64,000 bases of DNA from Azolla caroliniana (lineage: Eukaryota > Plantae > Polypodiophyta): NCBI GenBank assembly GCA_043228905.1, contig JBHGNT010000002.1:13640001-13704000 (forward strand), in the 5' to 3' direction. Of this stretch, positions 26,501-37,700 are shown piece by piece (position 1 is the first letter of the stretch; each line of letters opens with the position of its first letter). The notes under the pieces are model-generated. The model saw only the letters and a list, made by a program, of their open reading frames with translations. It was not told where the DNA came from and did no database searches. The position numbers and the translations under genes were made by a program.

Positions 26501-29010
26501 TTGTGGAGTATATCGGCATGTGAACTGTCTTCTTATTCCCTGATTACACAAAAAATCAGAAAATTCATTGGAGAAATACTCTCCTCCTCCATCAGATCTC
26601 AAACATTTTATCCTTGTACCAGCCTGCTTTTCTACCATGCATTTAAACTTACGAAAACAGTCAAATACTTCACTTTTCTCCTTCATGAAGTACACCCATG
26701 TCTTCCGTGAACAATCATCAATAAATGTAACATAAAATCTGCATCCACCAATAGATGCATTCTTTGTTGGTCCCCATACATCTGTATGTACCAAATCCAA
26801 CAGATTTTTGCTTACATGTCTCTCATGAGGGAATGGCAACCTGTTTTGCTTACCATATTGACATGCTTCACATACTTTTCCCATTTCACACTTTTTCAAG
26901 TTTGGCAGTCCAGCCACTGCATCTTTTCTCAACATATTCTTTAATGTTTGCATACTTATATGGCCAATCCTTTTATGCCACATTTCCACATCTGAGATTA
27001 CACTCGTTCCATTTGCAAACATGGCTGAAATTTGTTTGGGCATTTCTACATCCAAGATAAACATTCTTCCTTGTCTCTTCCCTTTTGCAATGAGCTTCCC
27101 ATTCTTTTCTATATAGCATCCACTTTGCTTAAACTTCACTTGCATACCTTGCTCTACAATCTGTCCAACAGAAATCAAATTCTTAGCAAGGTTTGGAACA
27201 TGCATCACATTCAACATATACTTGGTTTTTCCTCTTTCTTCCCACAATGGGATATCTCCAACATGTTTTATTTGGTGAGTTGTGTCATCACCTATTTGTA
27301 CATAACCAGGAACCTCTGGTTCTCTTAAACTCTCAAACCAATTTGCATGTCCAGTCATATGGTTAGATGCCCCCGAGTCTACATACCACGTAAACTCTTC
27401 ATTACATTCCTGTGAGCTTTCAGCCACTGTTACTATCTCATGTTGCACTACAAAAACACCTTCCTTTTCACAATCTTCACTAGTAGAGGCATAGTTACTC
27501 TGTTGTCCTTTTCCTCTTTTCTCATCATTTTGTTTCTTGTAACATTCAGCCTGTGTATGGCCTGGTTTACCACAATACCAACAACCATCATCATTTACAT
27601 AAGTTTGCTTACCTCTACCTCGGTTGCTCCCCCTGCCTCTGTTGTTGTTTCCTCCTCTATGAGCTTGTTGTCCTCTTCCTTGAAAGCCATTATTATTGGT
27701 TCTTCCTGGGCCAAATCTTCCATGGCCTCTTCCTCGGCCTCTTCCGGCATTATTATAGAGGGCTTGCCCCTCGTTCTCTGAGTTTCCTTTATTTGCATCA
27801 TCCATCTGATTCCTTTCCTCTACCACAAGCATTGAGACCAGATCTGAAAAACTTGGGATACTATCCCTTGTGAGCATAGAAGTTTTAAAACTCTTGTATT
27901 GAGGTCCTAAGCCTCTTAAGCATATTTCCACTTTGTCATCATCTTCTATCTTCACATTGATAGAAGCAAGTGATTCACATATACTCTTGATTTTTAGGGC
28001 ATATTCATTTATTGACATCTTACCTTTCTCCAAGGTATTTAGCTCAGTCTTCAACTGTAGCTTTCTAGCTTTTGTGTTTACTGCAAACAGTTTTACCAAA
28101 CTGTCCCAAGCTTCTTTTGGGAGCATAGCATCCTGTATGTGCCCAAGCATCGAATCTGAGATGCTAAGTGAGAGCCAATGCATTACCTTCCTTGCCCCTT
28201 GATTCCAATCTTTGAATGCCTTAATATGTGCAGCTGTTGCATTCTCTTCTGGGATCTCTGGAGCCTCTTCTAGGTCTCCTTCAATGTAATCCCAGTATCC
28301 TTTCCCCATCAGAAAGTTTGTCATTCTGAATTTCCATGCCGGGAAATTGTTTTTATCTAATTTCTCTGTGACCATTTGGCCTACATTCTCTGCAGCCATT
28401 TTTTTTCTTCCAAAAACCAGGGTTTTGCTTTAGTTACTTCAACAAGTAACTTTCTGATTTCTGATCAACAACCAGAGAAATAACTTTCTCAGATTAAGGC
28501 ACTGCTATACTCTTCCTTACGAGCTACTCTGCTCTGATACCATGTTAAGAAAACGTGAAGAAGGCACTCGGGCTCTTCTTTTGTATGTGCGGCGGATCGT
28601 AGTGTGCTGGATCGTTAGCGTGCTCTAAACAGACAGAGAAAGGAAAGGGGACTTACCTCTGTAGTAGCAAAATGGTTTTCTTCTATTACATGTAGAGCTC
28701 AACTTGCTCTCGTCAGTCTTCTGGTCTCTCACTCTCTCTCAGAGTTCTCTACTCACTATTCTCTGTTTTTTCTTACTACTACCTTTCTATTCACTCACTC
28801 TTACTTTTACCTAAGTCATAAGTTATTACACATGCAGCTAATTAGCTGCCAGTAGCTAATTAGCTGTCAGTCGCTAAATAGCTGTTCACTAGCTAGTTAG
28901 CTGTCACTAGCTAAATAGTTGTTTTACCTTTTTGTTCACTAGTAGCTAAATAGCTACTATAGCTTATTTCTCATAAGCATCACATACCATGTTGAGCTAG
29001 CTTCTCAACA
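23566..29010 (-). mobile_element. Ty1/copia element Copia-B, structurally intact, innermost insertion
   Basis: 468-bp LTRs at 23566-24033 and 28543-29010 (about 4 substitutions). 5-bp TSD AGTGT at 23561-23565 and 29011-29015. PBS TGGTATCAGAGC at 28531-28542; PPT GAGGGGGAG at 24034-24042. Confidence 0.97.
24074..28399 (-). CDS. gag-pol: Intact copia Gag-Pol polyprotein (1441 aa)
   Basis: Uninterrupted ORF with CWYCGKPGHTQAEC, VDSGA, HKRIGH...CEAC, HTDVWGP, RSDGGGEY, NGVAER, YGLKQAPRAW, YVDD, YTDADWAG and TKHIEV. Confidence 0.97.
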   Translation of the reverse strand: MAAENVGQMVTEKLDKNNFPAWKFRMTNFLMGKGYWDYIEGDLEEAPEIPEENATAAHIKAFKDWNQGARKVMHWLSLSISDSMLGHIQDAMLPKEAWDSLVKLFAVNTKARKLQLKTELNTLEKGKMSINEYALKIKSICESLASINVKIEDDDKVEICLRGLGPQYKSFKTSMLTRDSIPSFSDLVSMLVVEERNQMDDANKGNSENEGQALYNNAGRGRGRGHGRFGPGRTNNNGFQGRGQQAHRGGNNNRGRGSNRGRGKQTYVNDDGCWYCGKPGHTQAECYKKQNDEKRGKGQQSNYASTSEDCEKEGVFVVQHEIVTVAESSQECNEEFTWYVDSGASNHMTGHANWFESLREPEVPGYVQIGDDTTHQIKHVGDIPLWEERGKTKYMLNVMHVPNLAKNLISVGQIVEQGMQVKFKQSGCYIEKNGKLIAKGKRQGRMFILDVEMPKQISAMFANGTSVISDVEMWHKRIGHISMQTLKNMLRKDAVAGLPNLKKCEMGKVCEACQYGKQNRLPFPHERHVSKNLLDLVHTDVWGPTKNASIGGCRFYVTFIDDCSRKTWVYFMKEKSEVFDCFRKFKCMVEKQAGTRIKCLRSDGGGEYFSNEFSDFLCNQGIRRQFTCRYTPQENGVAERKNRTLVNIARAMMTEKNMPLYYWAEAVNTANYILNRCITSGVHEATPEECFYGRKPSLQHLKVFGCLAYVHVPAELRSKLDPKAKKCIFVGYSEKQKGYICYNPVTKNIVTSRDVIFDELASWYNPKQNLETDEDCQNEDKDRSENVEDCHRDGDKVGQQSPTSTECSGPSKSSDGKSDSNSWSGKTGQKKSDDKKGKQKMPEYEIPDDLSKNMEDEDSDMSLDDFLGIQEMKIPGMEKAIKNANQKLRRSDREKKTVERFGYDTYMAMHYAYMSKVVQIPDPNSFEEAKSEKKWMDAMQEEIDALAENKTWDLVKLPKEKNVVGCKWVYKTKHDSNGNVSRHKARLVAKGYAQMQGIDYDETFAPVAKMATLRTLLAVGAARKWILHHMDVKNAFLHGNLEEEVYMSQPPGFEDKKHPDYVCKLKKALYGLKQAPRAWHRELSDSLKNLGFKMSKADPSLYVKSENDCIVIILIYVDDLIIGGDSVDEIRKLEKNLEMQFHMKDLGDLRYFLGIEIIRSESGICMLQKQYATTMLKKYGMLGCKPIVVPLDKNCKLRADLGAKIEDVNMYRSMVGSLIYLTITRPDLSYAVGLVSQFMQQPTKPHLDCIRKILRYVKATQNFGLFYRADLDINLEGYTDADWAGSQTDRRSTSGYMFTLGSAGISWSSKKQATVALSSTEAEYRGAAIATCEEVWIRRLLADLGVYIDSAVTIWCDNMSSIQLVKNPVFHARTKHIEVHYHFVREKVMEGEVDLVYVNTNQQVADILTKGLSVEKHTQFRNVMGVVNIDEMAKRQNGKED

Positions 29011-29015
29011 AGTGT

Positions 29016-30699
29016 GACCACCTTTCTTGAAATTACGTTTCTTATTATTCTTATTTTTATTTCGGTAGTCCGGTCGTGGTGGATCGTAAAATCGGCCGTA
29101 GTCCTCCTGGTGCCTTCGGTAACCAGGGGAATGGTCTCTGTCGTATTGCTCGTGTCGTCTGTTGGACTCCCGATAACGGTCCGATCGCTCATACCGGTCG
29201 TAGTTATCATGCCGATTCCTGTACCGGCCATCATTCTCTTGTCTGTCTCCGTACCGGACATCCTGTGCCGGTCGGTACCGGTTCATTCTTTGCCAACGAT
29301 CGTCATCTTCGTCTCGGCTGCTTCTTGGCTCGATCCGTCGAACGGGTGGTGCTTGTCGGTTTAGCAGGTTATACTCGCACCGGTCCGTTGTATGACTCTT
29401 GGATTGACAAATCACACACTGGGTTCGCATGGTGCACTCCACTGCCGAGTGTCCGGCATTCAAGCAGATTGTGCATTGAATTGCCTGCCGGAACCGGAGA
29501 TCTTCATCAGTGGGTAACGCCCGTTGCAGTGTTCCCAGTGTAAGCCATGAGCTTGACTTTTCCATTTCTCTGACCCGGTCAATGACCTGGTCAATGGTGC
29601 TTCCTCGAAAGTCGATTACCGTACACACCGTGCGTAACGGTTCCCGGAGTGCGTTTAAAAATATCGTCCGTAATTCCTCCTCCGGGGGTGCACGGGCAAG
29701 CTGGCTATGCATTCGTTGGAAACGGATGACGAATTGGGGAATGCTTTCCCCTGCCTCCTGTCGGATCGTATAAAACAGGCCCACCATTGTCGTCTGGTCG
29801 ACCTCCTTGTGGAAAAAATGCAAGAATTTTGCTTTTAATTCTGCAAAGGTTGTGATGGTCGTCGGGTCCTGCGTCCGCCGCCATCGTGTTGCTGGTCCTT
29901 CCAACGTGACCCCGAATTCCGCTATCTTCGAGCGTTCTTCTTCCTCCGGTGTCATTCGCTGGGACGTGTGATTTGCTTCCCATGTCTGCTCGAAGGCATG
30001 AACATGCGCTTCCGCGTCCGGATCATCGCGATACTTTGAGTATTGGAACGGCATGTCGTCGTCCAGTATTAGGCCGCGGTTTAGTGGCGTTTGTTGATAT
30101 CTTTCTGGTTTTCTCTCCGGTTCCACTTCCGGTTGTTTTGCCGGTGCTTTTTCCGGTTCCTCTTCCGGTTCTTTTTCCGGTTCTTTCACCGGCTCGTCTT
30201 CCAGTACCTTCGCCGGCTCTTTCATTGGTGTCGGTGGCTTTGCTTCTTCCACTTCCGGTGTTGGTGGGTTGACGGCTTCCGTTTGCGGTTCCGGATAGCC
30301 CTGGTCGAGCGATTCCGGTTCTGGAGTCGGCACGGTATCCGACCCGTCGTCCTCCGGGCCGCCGGGGGTATCGTTGCTGCTCCGGTAGTTCGTGTGCATG
30401 TTGTATCCCCCTTCGGAATCCGATTCGTAGGCTGAAAAGGCTTCTGCCTCGTTTTCTCCGCTTGTCAGCGCCTCGAGGAGGCCTTCGGTTTCCCGGAGAC
30501 TACTTAGACTGCTTCCGTCGTCCTGGGCGCGAGTTTGCTGTAACCGAAGAGATTCCTCCGCGACTCTCCGGATCTCGTTGGAGAACGAACGATTCGAGCG
30601 AATTTCGTGCGCTGCTTGCTGGAAAGTCTCACGCCGTCTTTGCCGTTCGGCGAGGCGTCGAGCTCGGTCTGTAACCAGGTCTTGCGTTGGTCTCGTCAT
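29016..30699 (-). pseudogene. gag: Gag of the Athila-like element, interrupted by Copia-B
   Basis: Retrotransposon gag core (IRQEAGESIPQFVIRF) and two CCHC knuckles. The frame continues at 23560 once Copia-B and one TSD are removed. Confidence 0.9.
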
Positions 30700-31176
30700 C
30701 CATTAAGCCGTCGTTCGCTGCGAGAAAGCAGGAATCGTGGTGGCCAAAACTGTGTTATTCTCTGACCGGACAAGGCCTAACACAAGGTGTCACGGAGACA
30801 CTTCACCAAAGGGTGATTACGGCATAGGATTAAGATTCAACGATTACACCGACTTAAGTAGGTTACACGATTAGAGCGCTATTGTTAATTACACGCGTAA
30901 GATATAACAGTAAGTACAGAACGGAAATCAACACAGAAGTATAAACACCATATGCTCTATTAATTATCCGCTGTGATTACAATGGGGTCCGGGCCTTTAA
31001 ATAGGTTTCCGGCCCGTAGTACAAAACGGTGCCTATCGCACCTATTCGGGATCCGTCCGGATCTGGAACGGCATACCGTTTCCAGTTCGTCCGTCCACAC
31101 TATGCTTATTTACAACCATACTTAATTAATTCCTTCACTCCGTATTTTGGACTCCTTGCCGGCCGGTAACATCTGC

Positions 31177-34060
31177 TTCAACAGCTCCATCAAATTCGGG
31201 ATGTGAGCTCTCGGAACCGGAATTGGCTTGAGATTCCACGGTACATGCGGTACCGTGAATATCACCATCGGCTCTATGATCGTTGGGTCTACGCACCCGA
31301 TTTCCTCCGGTGAGAATGCGAAGGCTTTCCCGTGCCTTCCGAGCATTCTCCGAAACCGGTCTTCCTCCGCCGGTAGTAGGAACTCGCCCCCACCGATTTT
31401 GAGCTCCCGGAGCGTCTCGTTGGTGAAGGTGTGTCCTATGCAGGCCGGATCTCGTAAACTGGGGTCCGATGCTACCCCTTTGATTCGCGACTCGCTGCCC
31501 TCCGGTAAGGGTACCGCGACTGGCCTTACCTTCCGGTCCACAGTCTTGTACTTGGTGCTTACTCGGGCCCTCCGATCCGACTCAAGCCCCCGACCAAAGT
31601 CCGCGATGGCTTCGTACATCTCTTCGGAACATACCGGTATCGTCCGGTCTTCGTTAAGGTCTTCTTCGACTACCTTCCCCAGCATTCCCAAGGTGTCGTC
31701 GAAGGAGACCGCCTCCACGGCTCCGTTGATTTCCTCGTCAGGGCCGAGAACTCCGCACGCTCGAAGTCTCCCCTCCGTCTTTGTCTTCTCTCAGCCGGCG
31801 ATGCCGACTATCGTACATGCTCCGCTGTCGGAGAAGCAAATTTTCCTACCTATTGTACACGGTCTTATCGTACAGATGTGGGGTTTTCCCGGAGCATCCG
31901 GACTGTCGCGGCCCCACGCCTTGGCAGTCCTCTCTAAAAATCCTCTCGGTTTTCGGAACCGAGGGAGTCGCGGTTACGTTCGTGGTTCGGCCGTACCGTC
32001 AGAAACTGGACCGAACGGCGCCCATCCTGGCTTTTGACCCTTGCATAGGCCGAACCGTTATTCAGCACCTTGGTCTCCATTCGCGCCGCCGTGATGTACG
32101 GCTCTCCCAATATTACCGGATGCGAGGACGTCTCCTGTACGAAGAAGTGCTGGTCAATCTCGACGTCGCCGATCTTGACCCGTACGTTCGGGCAGGCCCC
32201 GTGCAGTTCCTCGGTGGCGCGCGTCGCCGCCCGTATCTTCCACCCGTGCTTGGTGTTGATCGGCCATTTGCCCTTCTTGTAGAAGTCCATGGACATTAGG
32301 TTGATCTCCGAACCGTGGTCCACCAAGGCTACCACCGGTTCCTGGACATCTCCGATCTTCACCGGGGTTTCCGTGGTCGTTCGGGCCCAGTGTGGCCTCG
32401 AATAGTGGCTCTCCGCCCACTCATCTTCCAGCGACATGTCGTCTAGGTGCGTCGTCCGCACCTCTACCAGTCTTTCCGGTTCTACCTCCGTTGACAGCCT
32501 TTTCCGCTTCACCAAGTCCACGATGGAGTCATGGAACTCCTTCCTGGCGATTCCTAGCACTTCCCGTAATGATAGCTCCACCTTGCTGTCGAGGACCCGT
32601 TCTTCTAGGACCTTCCGCAGGTCCGTGGTCCTCTCTATTTCCGTCCCCAATCGGTATCCACCCTTCCTGGGGTTATCTTGCGCACTGGACCCGCCGGCCT
32701 CGTCCCGTCATTGCCCGAACCGGGTCTCGTATCGTTGTGAGGGCCCGGTCGTTCCGGTTTTCCCCACCCACTTCTCTTCTACCAGAGCCTCGTAGTTCTG
32801 GCAGGCGGCTTCCACGAAGCCCGTCTTTTCCTCGACCGTGTCGCTCCACCCGGTTATCTCCCGGACCCATTTCTCCGCGCGGTCCGCTTCGTCCCCTTTC
32901 AGCCGCTTACCGGCGAGGCCTTCCAGCATCGCCGACCAGAATCCGACTTTGCTTTCCTTTCGGGCCTCGCTGCCCCCAACCCGAATGCCGGCCGACGCCG
33001 AGTAGTGGACGGTTTCCGCATGTCGGGCCGCCGCCTCTTCCATCAGTCTCTTCATTCCTCCTCGCCCGTCGTTCCGGTTTAGGGCCCTTCTGGTGTCGCT
33101 GGCGTGCACCCGGCCTTCCCACAGGTACACCACCCGGTTCTTCAGCGCCTCTGCGAAATCGCCGCAGTCCTTCCGAATGTGGCCGACCTCGTCGCACCAC
33201 ATGCATCTGTTTCCCGCTGCCGGCCGTCGGTCGCAAGCCGGTTCGCCGCCTTCCCTGCGGGCTTGTGCAATTTGGAGGTCCTTTATCACCCTCGTCAATT
33301 CCTCCAGCGCAGCTCCTCCGGTCGAGCCTCTGATCACGCCGGTCGAAGCTGAACCGGTTTCCAGCCACTCCCGGGTCTCTCCCTTTCGCACCGGCTGCGC
33401 CGGTTCAAGCTTCCTTGCTGCGCCCGAGCCCGACCCGGTCGCCCCGTTATCCGCCCATTCTCGCCGTTTGTCGAAACGGCCGCAGGCTCTCTTAACCGCC
33501 GCCGAGTCGGTCGTCAGCCCGTCTTCGGTTTCCAGCAGGGCGCCCACGTGATCCCAATCCCGCTCGTCCACTAACTTGACGAACAGTAGGACCCGGCTTG
33601 TATCCAGGATCGTTCAGTCAAGCGTCGAAAGGCGCGCAAAGTTTTCGTCAAACTCCCGGAGGAGTGCCGACGCGTTTCTTCCCTTCCCGGGGGACTCCAC
33701 CCATTCCATGAAGCTTCGTTTCGAAAGCCGGAGCGCGTCGTCCAGTCCGTATTTCTCTAGGAGCTGACCTTCGAACTCCTCCCAGGTACGGCTCTCCGCC
33801 CGTACCTCGAGCACCTCCGCATGGATGCTCGGCATCGCCACTCGAGGAAATCGGGCAAGACGCCTTTCTTCCGGAATGTCCCGGATCAGCATCTCTGCAC
33901 CGTAGGACGCCAAGTACTTCGTGGCATCCTTTCCGCTGAATCGGCCGATTGTACCGACGACCGCCTCAATGGCTCTGTCGAGGGCGCCGGAGCCCTCGCG
34001 TGCATTTACTAACCGGTCAACGGCCGAAGCCATGGCCTCTGCAAGATCCGATCCCCTCAT
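31177..34060 (-). pseudogene. gag-pol: gag-protease (34060-31934) and N-terminal pol (31937-31177) of element C
   Basis: MRGSDLAEAM start, CMWCDEVGHIRKDC, LVDHGSEIN, ending REDF*. The -1 frame runs to ELLKQ, which rejoins KVDMGIL at 15832. Confidence 0.9.
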
Positions 34061-34082
34061 TTCCTGCTCTTCTGCCGCCTCT

Positions 34083-34100
34083 TTCACGTCGGGTTCACCA
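34083..34100 (-). promoter_or_regulatory. Primer-binding site, tRNA-Trp type
   Basis: TGGTGAACCCGACGTGAA, 3 nt from the LTR end. Complementary to the plant cytosolic tRNA-Trp 3' end as I recall it (...UUCACGUCGGGUUCACCA). The same 18-mer is at 41025 and 48554, with partial matches at 9589 and ~40195-40208. Confidence 0.8.
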
Positions 34101-34792
34101 AGATGTCGCGATATTACGCAAGTGCGTATAGAAACGAGGCGGGACCGCGGGGGTCTTGAACCGAAGAGCAAGCGAGGGTGGAGAAAGAGAGAGGACCGGT
34201 TACGCAGGACCGGGGATACACAGGGACACGGCCCTTCAACACAGAGAACGCGAATAGACGCCGACACCGGTAGACGCAAACAAATGAATATATATATATA
34301 TATATATATGAGCAAATACAAATATCTGATCAAGAAGCTACAACCCGCGATGGGGCACTGGATGGTTACAACCGAACAGGCCGGCGAACAGATGCCGATG
34401 CCTGTTCGCTGCGTCGCACAAAAGGGAGCAGGTCGGAGGTGCTGCCGGAAGCACTCGGGCCTTCCTCGAAACAGCGCGAGCCTCCTCGAAAACCTGCAGC
34501 AGAAAGCTATGGAGATCAAGGGCAGGAGAACAGAGAGCGAAGCGTCCAGAATCGGTCCGACGGCCCCTCCTCCTCTCTGCGCGATACCCTGTTCCTCCCC
34601 GTCCTCCTCCCTTTTTGGGTCAAGAAGGAGCCGTTCGGCATTAAATTCCCACCTCCCGTATCTAACCACTTCGATCTTCCTAGGTACCTAATTCGCCTTT
34701 ATGTACAACTTGGCGCGCACGTGCGTGAAGAGCCGGTTCCCACGCCTTGGTGCCCCAATTCCACCCTTGGACGGTTTTCTTCACGACAACGG

Positions 34793-37700
34793 GAAGGCTT
34801 TCGCATTCTCACCAGGGGAGATTGGGTGCGTAGACCCAACAGTTGTCGAACCGATGGTGATCTTCACGGTACCGCATGTACCGTGGAATCTCAAGCCGAT
34901 TCCAGTGCCGAGAGCTCACATCCCGAAGTTGATGGAGCTCCTGAAGCAAAAGGTGGAGATGGGCATCCTCGAACCGTCGAGTGCCCCGTATTCGAATCGG
35001 TGGTTTACAGTGCCAAAGAAGAACGGCATGCTGCGCTTTATTCAAGACCTACAGCCGGTCAACAAGGTGACCATTCAGAATGCAGGAATTGGACCGACCA
35101 TAGACGAGTTCGCGGAGGCCTTCGCCGGAAGGTCGATTCACTCTATCGGTGATCTGTACTCGGGGTACGATCAGTTTCAACTAGCGGCGATGCGGACTCC
35201 TCTCGGCCTAGTGCGGATGTGTACCCTACCACAAGGAGGGACGAACTCGGTGGCTCACATGGTGAACGCGATGAACAAAGTGCTCAGGGATTGTATCCCG
35301 GACATCACCATGCCATTCTTAGACAACATCCCGATCAGGGGATGCCCGGTGGAGGAAAGGAACGAGACAATCGGACCGGACGAATGCCGGAATTTCGTGG
35401 CGACTCACATCGATGATTGCGAGAAGGTGTTGTAGAGACTAGAAGGCGCGAGGCTCACCTTGTCCGGGGAAAAATCGGCCTTCGGGCAATCAGAGATCAT
35501 GGTCGTTGAACACCTATGCGGGCCGTACGGTAGGAAACCGTCTCCGGCCAAGGTGGAAGCCATCTCCGCGATGAAGCATGACTACAATTCGGTTACGGAG
35601 GTTCGGAGATTCTTGGGAGCATGCACATTCTACCATATCTGGATCTTGCATTACACCCACGTCGCGGAGCCGCTGTATGGGTTGCCGAAGAAAGGGCGTA
35701 AATTCGAATGGGGAGACGAGCATACGGAGTCAGTCCGAAAGATGAAGGAAGCACTTGCCACGGCACCGATGCTCCGAAAGGCTGTCTCCGATTTACGTAA
35801 CCGTAGACACCAGCCCGACCGGGATCGGGTGGGTAATCAGTCAGGAGGACAAGGACGGCATACGATTCCCGATCCGGTTCGGGGCGAAGGTATTGAGCGA
35901 GCGGCAGCGAGGATACGCCTGGCAAGTTAAGTGCGAGCTTCGGGGTGTCATTTCGGCAGTCAAGGCCGACAAGGACTATCTGATCGGAACGGAGGTGATT
36001 ATTGAGACGGATTGCCTGCCGATACTCGGCATGGTTTTCGGATGCGCGACGCCAAACCTAGCAATGCTCCGGTGGATAGCGTACATCAAGTCCCTGAAAC
36101 CGGAGATACGGCACATCTCCGGAAAAGATAACGCCATGGCCGACATGCTTTTGAGAGCAGGGTTCAATGACGAAGACGGCATGGTTTCGGATGACGAAGA
36201 AGTCGGCGAGGACTTCTTCGGGTCGGCTAACATAGTGACGAGGGAAAGGGGCACTCCGGCGCTTAACAAATTTGACGAAAGCAGGTATGACGGGGAGTGG
36301 CTCCAAATCGGGAGGTTCCTACGGACGATGACGCCGGACGCAGCATGGACGAGAGAAGAGGTGAGCCGGGTACGGAAGAAGGCGTATCGATTCTTCCTGT
36401 GGGACAAGTGCATATGGAGGCACCCAAAGAAGAGAAACGGCATGGTTTCGGATGACGAAGACGGCATGGTTTCGGAGGACGAAGAAGTCGGCTAACATAG
36501 CGACGAGGGAAAGGGGCACTCGGGCGCTTAACAAATTTGACGAAAGCAGGTATGACGGGGAGTGGCTCCAAATCGGGAGGTTCCTACGGACGATGACGCC
36601 GGACGCAGCATGGACGAGAGAAGAGGTGAGCCGGGTACGGAAGAAGGCGTATCGATTCTTCCTGCGGGACAAGTGCATATGGAGGCACCCAAAGAAGAGA
36701 AACGGCATGGTTTCGGATGACGAAGACGGCATGGTTTCGGAGGACGAAGAAGTCGGCTAACATAGTGACGAGGGAAAGGGGCACTCGGGCGCTTAACAAA
36801 TTTGACGAAAGCAGGTATGACGGGGAGTGGCTCCAAATCGGGAGGTTCCTACGGACGATGACGTCGGACGCAGCATGGACGAGAGAAGAGGTGAGCCGGG
36901 TAAGGAAGAAGGCGTATCGATTCTTCCTGCGGGACAAGTGCATATGGAGGCACCCAAAGAAGAGAAACGGCATGGTTTCGGATGACAAAGACGGCATGGT
37001 TTCGGAGGACGAAGAAGTCGGCTAACATAGCGACGAGGGAAAGGGGCACTCCGGCGCTTAACAAATTTGACGAAAGCAAGTATGACGAGGAGTGGCTCCA
37101 AATCAGGAGGTTCCTACGGACGATGACGCCGGACGCAGCATGGACGAGAGAAGAGGTGAGCCGGGTACGGAAGAAGGCGTATCGATTCTTCCTGCGGGAC
37201 AAGTGCATATGGAGGCACCCAAAGAAGAGAAACGGCATGGTTTCGGATGACGAAGACGGCATGGTTTCGGAGGACGAAGAAGTCGGCTAACATAGCGACG
37301 AGGGAAAGGGGCACTCCGGCGCTTAACAAATTTGACGAAAGCAAGTATGACGAGGAGTGGCTCCAAATCGGGAGGTTCCTACGGACGATGACGCCGGACG
37401 CAGCATGGACGAGAGAAGAGGTGAGCCGGGTACGGAAGAAGGCGTATCGATTCTTCCTGCGGGACAAGTGCATATGGAGGCACCCAAAGAAGAGAAACGG
37501 CATCCCGCTCCGAGTAGTGACAAAGAAAGAAGAACAGGAGGAACTATTGGTGTCATTTCACGAGAGTCCCTGGGCTGGGCACTGCGGAACGTGGGCCACG
37601 TTCGAGAAGCTGAAAGAGAAGTATTGGTGGCCGGGGTTGTGCCATGACGTGCATCGGTTCGTAACGACTTGCGAAAGCTGTCAAATGCACTCCATAGTTT

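Larger units (their letters stand above)
15838..31171 (-). mobile_element. Athila-like Ty3/gypsy element with an extra 3' ORF, complete, nested in element C
   Basis: 419-bp LTRs at 15838-16256 and 30753-31171 (about 4 substitutions). 5-bp TSD TCTGC at 15833-15837 and 31172-31176. PBS-like TGGCCACCACG after a CAGTTT spacer. Integrase end GKLRFRWTGPY...VNGFRLKPY. No second RNase H seen. Confidence 0.93.
12366..34788 (-). mobile_element. Trp-PBS gypsy element C, complete, inserted antiparallel into the host pol
   Basis: LTRs 12366-13044 and 34104-34788 are near-identical (about 6 substitutions plus an (AT)n length change). PBS at 34083-34100 and PPT GGTGGGGGCGGA beside 13044. 4-bp TSD ACGG at 12362-12365 and 34789-34792. 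Confidence 0.95.

Noticed and set aside
33614-34691. Long ORFs across the element C LTR (351 aa minus in frame with gag, 256 aa plus; also 12299-12947)
   Set aside because: GC-rich LTR sequence with an (AT)n tract and no protein motifs. The upstream extension spans the PBS and LTR, and sister subfamilies lack it.
36452-37290. Tandem family of 102-aa genes
   Set aside because: By-products of the 265-bp array, whose period shifts the frame in every unit.
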